Source: Candidatus Velthaea sp. (lineage in GTDB: Bacteria > Vulcanimicrobiota > Vulcanimicrobiia > Vulcanimicrobiales > Vulcanimicrobiaceae). From it: a stretch of 27,854 bases of DNA. The DNA lies in the NCBI GenBank assembly GCA_050012475.1, contig JBEKHC010000112.1:1-27854 (forward strand), read 5' to 3'. A model generated the notes under the pieces. It was not told the origin of the DNA and made no database searches. It worked only from the letters and a program-made list of their open reading frames with translations. The position numbers were made by a program, and so were the translations under genes. Below are positions 24,961 through 27,854 of this stretch, one piece after another; the first letter of the stretch is position 1; every line of letters starts with the position of its first letter.

Positions 24961-26111
24961 TTGCACGCGCGGATTTCCTGGGCGGAATCGCCGGCGCGGG
25001 CACGTTCGCCGCGATCAACGCCAACATCCCCAACTATACGGCCACGATCGCGATCGGCGTCGTGTGTCCGCTGTCGGGGACGTTTCGCGGCAGCGGCGAG
25101 GCGTTGGCCAACGGCGTGCGCGGTGCAGTCGACTATCAGAATCGCGCCCGCGCCGGATTCGACCCGATCTACACGGTGCGTACGTTCGACGATCAAAACA
25201 GCGTAGCCGATGCGATGGTCAACGCCCAATTCGCGATCGACGATCCGACGATCGTCGCCGTCATCGGGCATCTGGGCGCGAAAGCCACGCTCGCGGTTTT
25301 GCGCACGTACGCGCAAGTGCAGATGCCGCTGATCGTGCCGGCGGTAACCGCCGACGCGCTGACCGCGCAGGGTTACCGCAACGTGTTTCGCTTGCCGACG
25401 CGCGATCTGGCCGAGGGCCAGCTGCTGGCGAAATTCGTGAACGCGCGCTCATCGCCCAAAACACCGTACGTTCTGTCTCAAGACGGCGACTACGGCGCCG
25501 ACGTCGCGACCGGTTACGTGCAGCAGTTCGCCACCCTGAAAATAACCGTCGGCTCGACGGTGTTCGCTTACGACAAGCCCGATTACGGCGCCGCTGCGGA
25601 CAAGGCCCTGGCGGCAAAGCCCGATCATATCTTGCTTGCCGGAACGGCCCAGGACATGGGACCGCTGGTCAAAGTGCTGCGCGATAAAGGGTACAGCGGT
25701 CCGCTGGCGGCGCCGCAGGGATTTTTCGACGCGCTGACGGTCTCGAAATACGTCAAAGAGTGCGAAGGCATCGTCATCTCGACCTCGATGCCGTATCTCG
25801 CGCTCGCGCCGACGGCGCTGCGTCTGTTGAGCGACTATCAAGGCGCGTACGGGCCGTTCGTCCCGGTGTCGGCGTTCGCGTATGCCGCGACGCAAATCGT
25901 CATGAGCAGCGTGCGCCGCAGCGGCGCGACCCAACGTGCGACGCTCATGAGTTCGATGACGCTGGGCGGCAATTACGACACGATCGTCGGTTCGTTCACC
26001 TTCTCCCCGACCGGCGATCCGATCGATCCCGAATTGTATTTCTACACCGTCACCGACGGCAAGTTCGCGTATCTCAAACAAGCCCACCCATCGGCATTTC
26101 TGTCGCACTGA
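24957..26111 (+). CDS. Type 1 periplasmic binding protein, branched-chain amino acid (LivK/LivJ-like) family
   Basis: IGVVCPLSG...G...NG, DD, AVIGH, LT-x-x-GY-x-NVFRL, DYG and DTIVG-x-FTF-x-x-x-GD. Confidence 0.88.
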   Translation: MIARADFLGGIAGAGTFAAINANIPNYTATIAIGVVCPLSGTFRGSGEALANGVRGAVDYQNRARAGFDPIYTVRTFDDQNSVADAMVNAQFAIDDPTIVAVIGHLGAKATLAVLRTYAQVQMPLIVPAVTADALTAQGYRNVFRLPTRDLAEGQLLAKFVNARSSPKTPYVLSQDGDYGADVATGYVQQFATLKITVGSTVFAYDKPDYGAAADKALAAKPDHILLAGTAQDMGPLVKVLRDKGYSGPLAAPQGFFDALTVSKYVKECEGIVISTSMPYLALAPTALRLLSDYQGAYGPFVPVSAFAYAATQIVMSSVRRSGATQRATLMSSMTLGGNYDTIVGSFTFSPTGDPIDPELYFYTVTDGKFAYLKQAHPSAFLSH

Positions 26112-26116
26112 CAGCA

Positions 26117-26232
26117 GGATTCGCGGCGCTGAACGCGCCGCGAATCCATGGCGTTCGGGCCTTCGGCCCGAGCCGCGGCCAGTGGATGCGCCGCACGCCG
26201 CGATGGCGTTCGGGCCCTTACGGACTGGGCCG
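26117..26232. repeat. Second locus of the same hairpin repeat family (one intact composite copy and one degenerate copy)
   Basis: 13-bp hairpin GGATTCGCGGCGC-TGAAC-GCGCCGCGAATCC (26117-26147), then CATGGCGT-TCGGGCC-TTC-GGCCCGA-GCCG (26147-26175). Degenerate copy ATGGCGTTCGGGCCCTTACGGACTGGGCCG at 26203-26232. Confidence 0.85.
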
Positions 26233-26258
26233 GTCTCGCGGGGTGTGGCGGCGCGCGT

Positions 26259-27854
26259 TCAGTGCGGGATGATCCAGGGGATGACGAACTGCTCGATCGC
26301 AACGAGTACGCCGAGTGCGAGCGTGAGCACGATGCTGTGCGGGAACGTCCGGGCGAACACCGCGCCTTCCTGACCTTTGAGATTCGTGACCGAGACGCCG
26401 GTGCTCAGATTCTGCGGCGAGATCATCTTGCCCATCACGCCGCCCGAGGAGTTCGTGGCCGCGAACAGCACCGGATTGAGGTTGAGCTGGCCGGCCGCGA
26501 CGACTTGCAAATTACCGAACAGTGCGTTCGCCGACGTATCGCTGCCGGAAAGAAACACCGCGACCCAACCCAAGAACGGCGAGAGCAGCACGAAGAGCAA
26601 ACCGACTGATGCGACGCCGAGTCCCAGCGTGTAGTTCAACCCCGAGTAGTTCATCAAGTACGCCAGCCCGATGATGAGCATGACGGTGCCGATCGGGAGC
26701 CGGGTCTGGCGCCACGTCACGCCGATGCAGCTCAAGAATTCGCGCGGCCCCAAGCCCACGAGCAAGGCCGTGATGATGGCCGCGACGAGGATCGCCGTTC
26801 CGGTTGCCAGCGGTTGAAAGTCCCAGATCGCGGCGTACGGCGCGCCTTTATAGAGCGTGATCGAAACCGCGTTGTGCAGCCCGGGCCACGGGATCTTCGT
26901 GTCGCCGATCTTGGCCACGTTCAACGTCGTCCAAATGATGACCGTCAGGGTGACGACGATCCAGGGAAGCCAGGCCGCAATGGCTCCGGCCGTGCCGCCC
27001 GTGTTGACCTTCGCGTGAGGCATGTCGCGCACTTCGTACGCCGGATTGGGTTTCGGCTTCCAGACTTGCAGAAACAGCAGCGTCAGGATCAGCGAGCCCA
27101 ACGACGACAGCACGTCGGTGAGACTGTAGTTGAGAAAGTTTGCGGAGATGAATTGAATCAAGCCGAACGCGGCGCCCGATACCAGCAGCATCGGCCACAG
27201 CTCGCGAATCGAACGGATCCCGCCGTACACCCCTATCACGTAGAACGGCAGCAGGAACGCCAAGATCGGTAGTTGCCGTCCGACCATCGCGCCCAACGCC
27301 GCCGGCGGCAGGTGGGTGACCGCGCCCAGGACGGTGATCGGCACACCCAGCGCGCCGAACGCAACGGGTGCCGTATCAAAAATTAGCGTAAACACCAGCG
27401 CATCCATCGCGGGGAAGCCGACCGCGATCAGGAGCGAACTCGTGATCGCGATCGGGGTGCCGAATCCGGCAATGCCTTCGAGCAGTGCGCCGAAACAATA
27501 GCCGATGACGACGAGGACGACGCGCCGATCGTTCGGCAAGTGATTCACGACCCACTCGCGGAAGGCGTCGAACCGGCCCGATTTCACCGCCACGTTATAG
27601 AGCAAGAGCGCGTTGACCACGATCCACATCACCGGCCACAGCGCAAACGTCGCGCCGTTCGCGATCGACGCGACCGCCAATCCGATCGGCAGCTGCCACA
27701 CGGCAACCGAGATCAGGAGCGCAACGATAAGTCCACCAAGCGATGCTTGCCAGGCGGGTCTGCGTAAGATGCCGAGCATCACCAGCACGACGATGATCGG
27801 CAGCGTGGCAACGATGAACGACGGTAACAGCGCGCCGGCAACCGGCGTGAGTAA
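26259..27854 (-). CDS. lctP: L-lactate/glycolate permease (LctP family), 5' end outside window
   Basis: FGALLEG-x-AGFGTP, TAPVAFGALG-x-P, SGSDTSANALFG-x-LQ and GGVMGKMISPQN. Frame is open to the window edge. Confidence 0.95.
   Translation of the reverse strand, partial: LLTPVAGALLPSFIVATLPIIVVLVMLGILRRPAWQASLGGLIVALLISVAVWQLPIGLAVASIANGATFALWPVMWIVVNALLLYNVAVKSGRFDAFREWVVNHLPNDRRVVLVVIGYCFGALLEGIAGFGTPIAITSSLLIAVGFPAMDALVFTLIFDTAPVAFGALGVPITVLGAVTHLPPAALGAMVGRQLPILAFLLPFYVIGVYGGIRSIRELWPMLLVSGAAFGLIQFISANFLNYSLTDVLSSLGSLILTLLFLQVWKPKPNPAYEVRDMPHAKVNTGGTAGAIAAWLPWIVVTLTVIIWTTLNVAKIGDTKIPWPGLHNAVSITLYKGAPYAAIWDFQPLATGTAILVAAIITALLVGLGPREFLSCIGVTWRQTRLPIGTVMLIIGLAYLMNYSGLNYTLGLGVASVGLLFVLLSPFLGWVAVFLSGSDTSANALFGNLQVVAAGQLNLNPVLFAATNSSGGVMGKMISPQNLSTGVSVTNLKGQEGAVFARTFPHSIVLTLALGVLVAIEQFVIPWIIPH

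Noticed and set aside
26106..26184. Hammerhead ribozyme
   Set aside because: A three-way junction is possible, but the CUGANGA and GAAA core sequences are not present on either strand.

Overview
This is a high-GC bacterial chromosomal window that is mostly core and housekeeping sequence. The style of the exported Pro/Thr-rich hypotheticals suggests Eremiobacterota/Vulcanimicrobiota, but that is only an inference. Gene order: a 5'-truncated GGDEF-EAL gene; a minus-strand block of exported hypotheticals, DUF192 and an orphan C-terminal fragment resembling a zinc metalloprotease tail; a lipoprotein - thioester-less macroglobulin-like protein - polA operon; a plus-strand cluster of small zinc-ribbon protein, exported protein, nitroreductase and small CCCH protein; Uma2; an APC permease with a GlmS-like SIS protein; a degenerate SpoIIE + RsbW-type kinase fusion; FAH; a DUF4267-like membrane protein; three-gene transhydrogenase pntAA-pntAB-pntB; a hypothetical with a probable CTG start; UbiD/UbiA (futalosine-type) plus an orphan LivK-like binding protein; and a 5'-truncated L-lactate permease. 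No integrase, transposase, cas, rRNA or tRNA genes were recognised. The most unusual signal is a structured non-coding repeat family at two loci. One is a five-unit tandem hairpin array at 15672-15833, directly upstream of the SIS gene. The other is a copy at 26117-26232 with compensatory stem substitutions and the same leader-hairpin + ATGGCGT + hairpin + GCCGC architecture.
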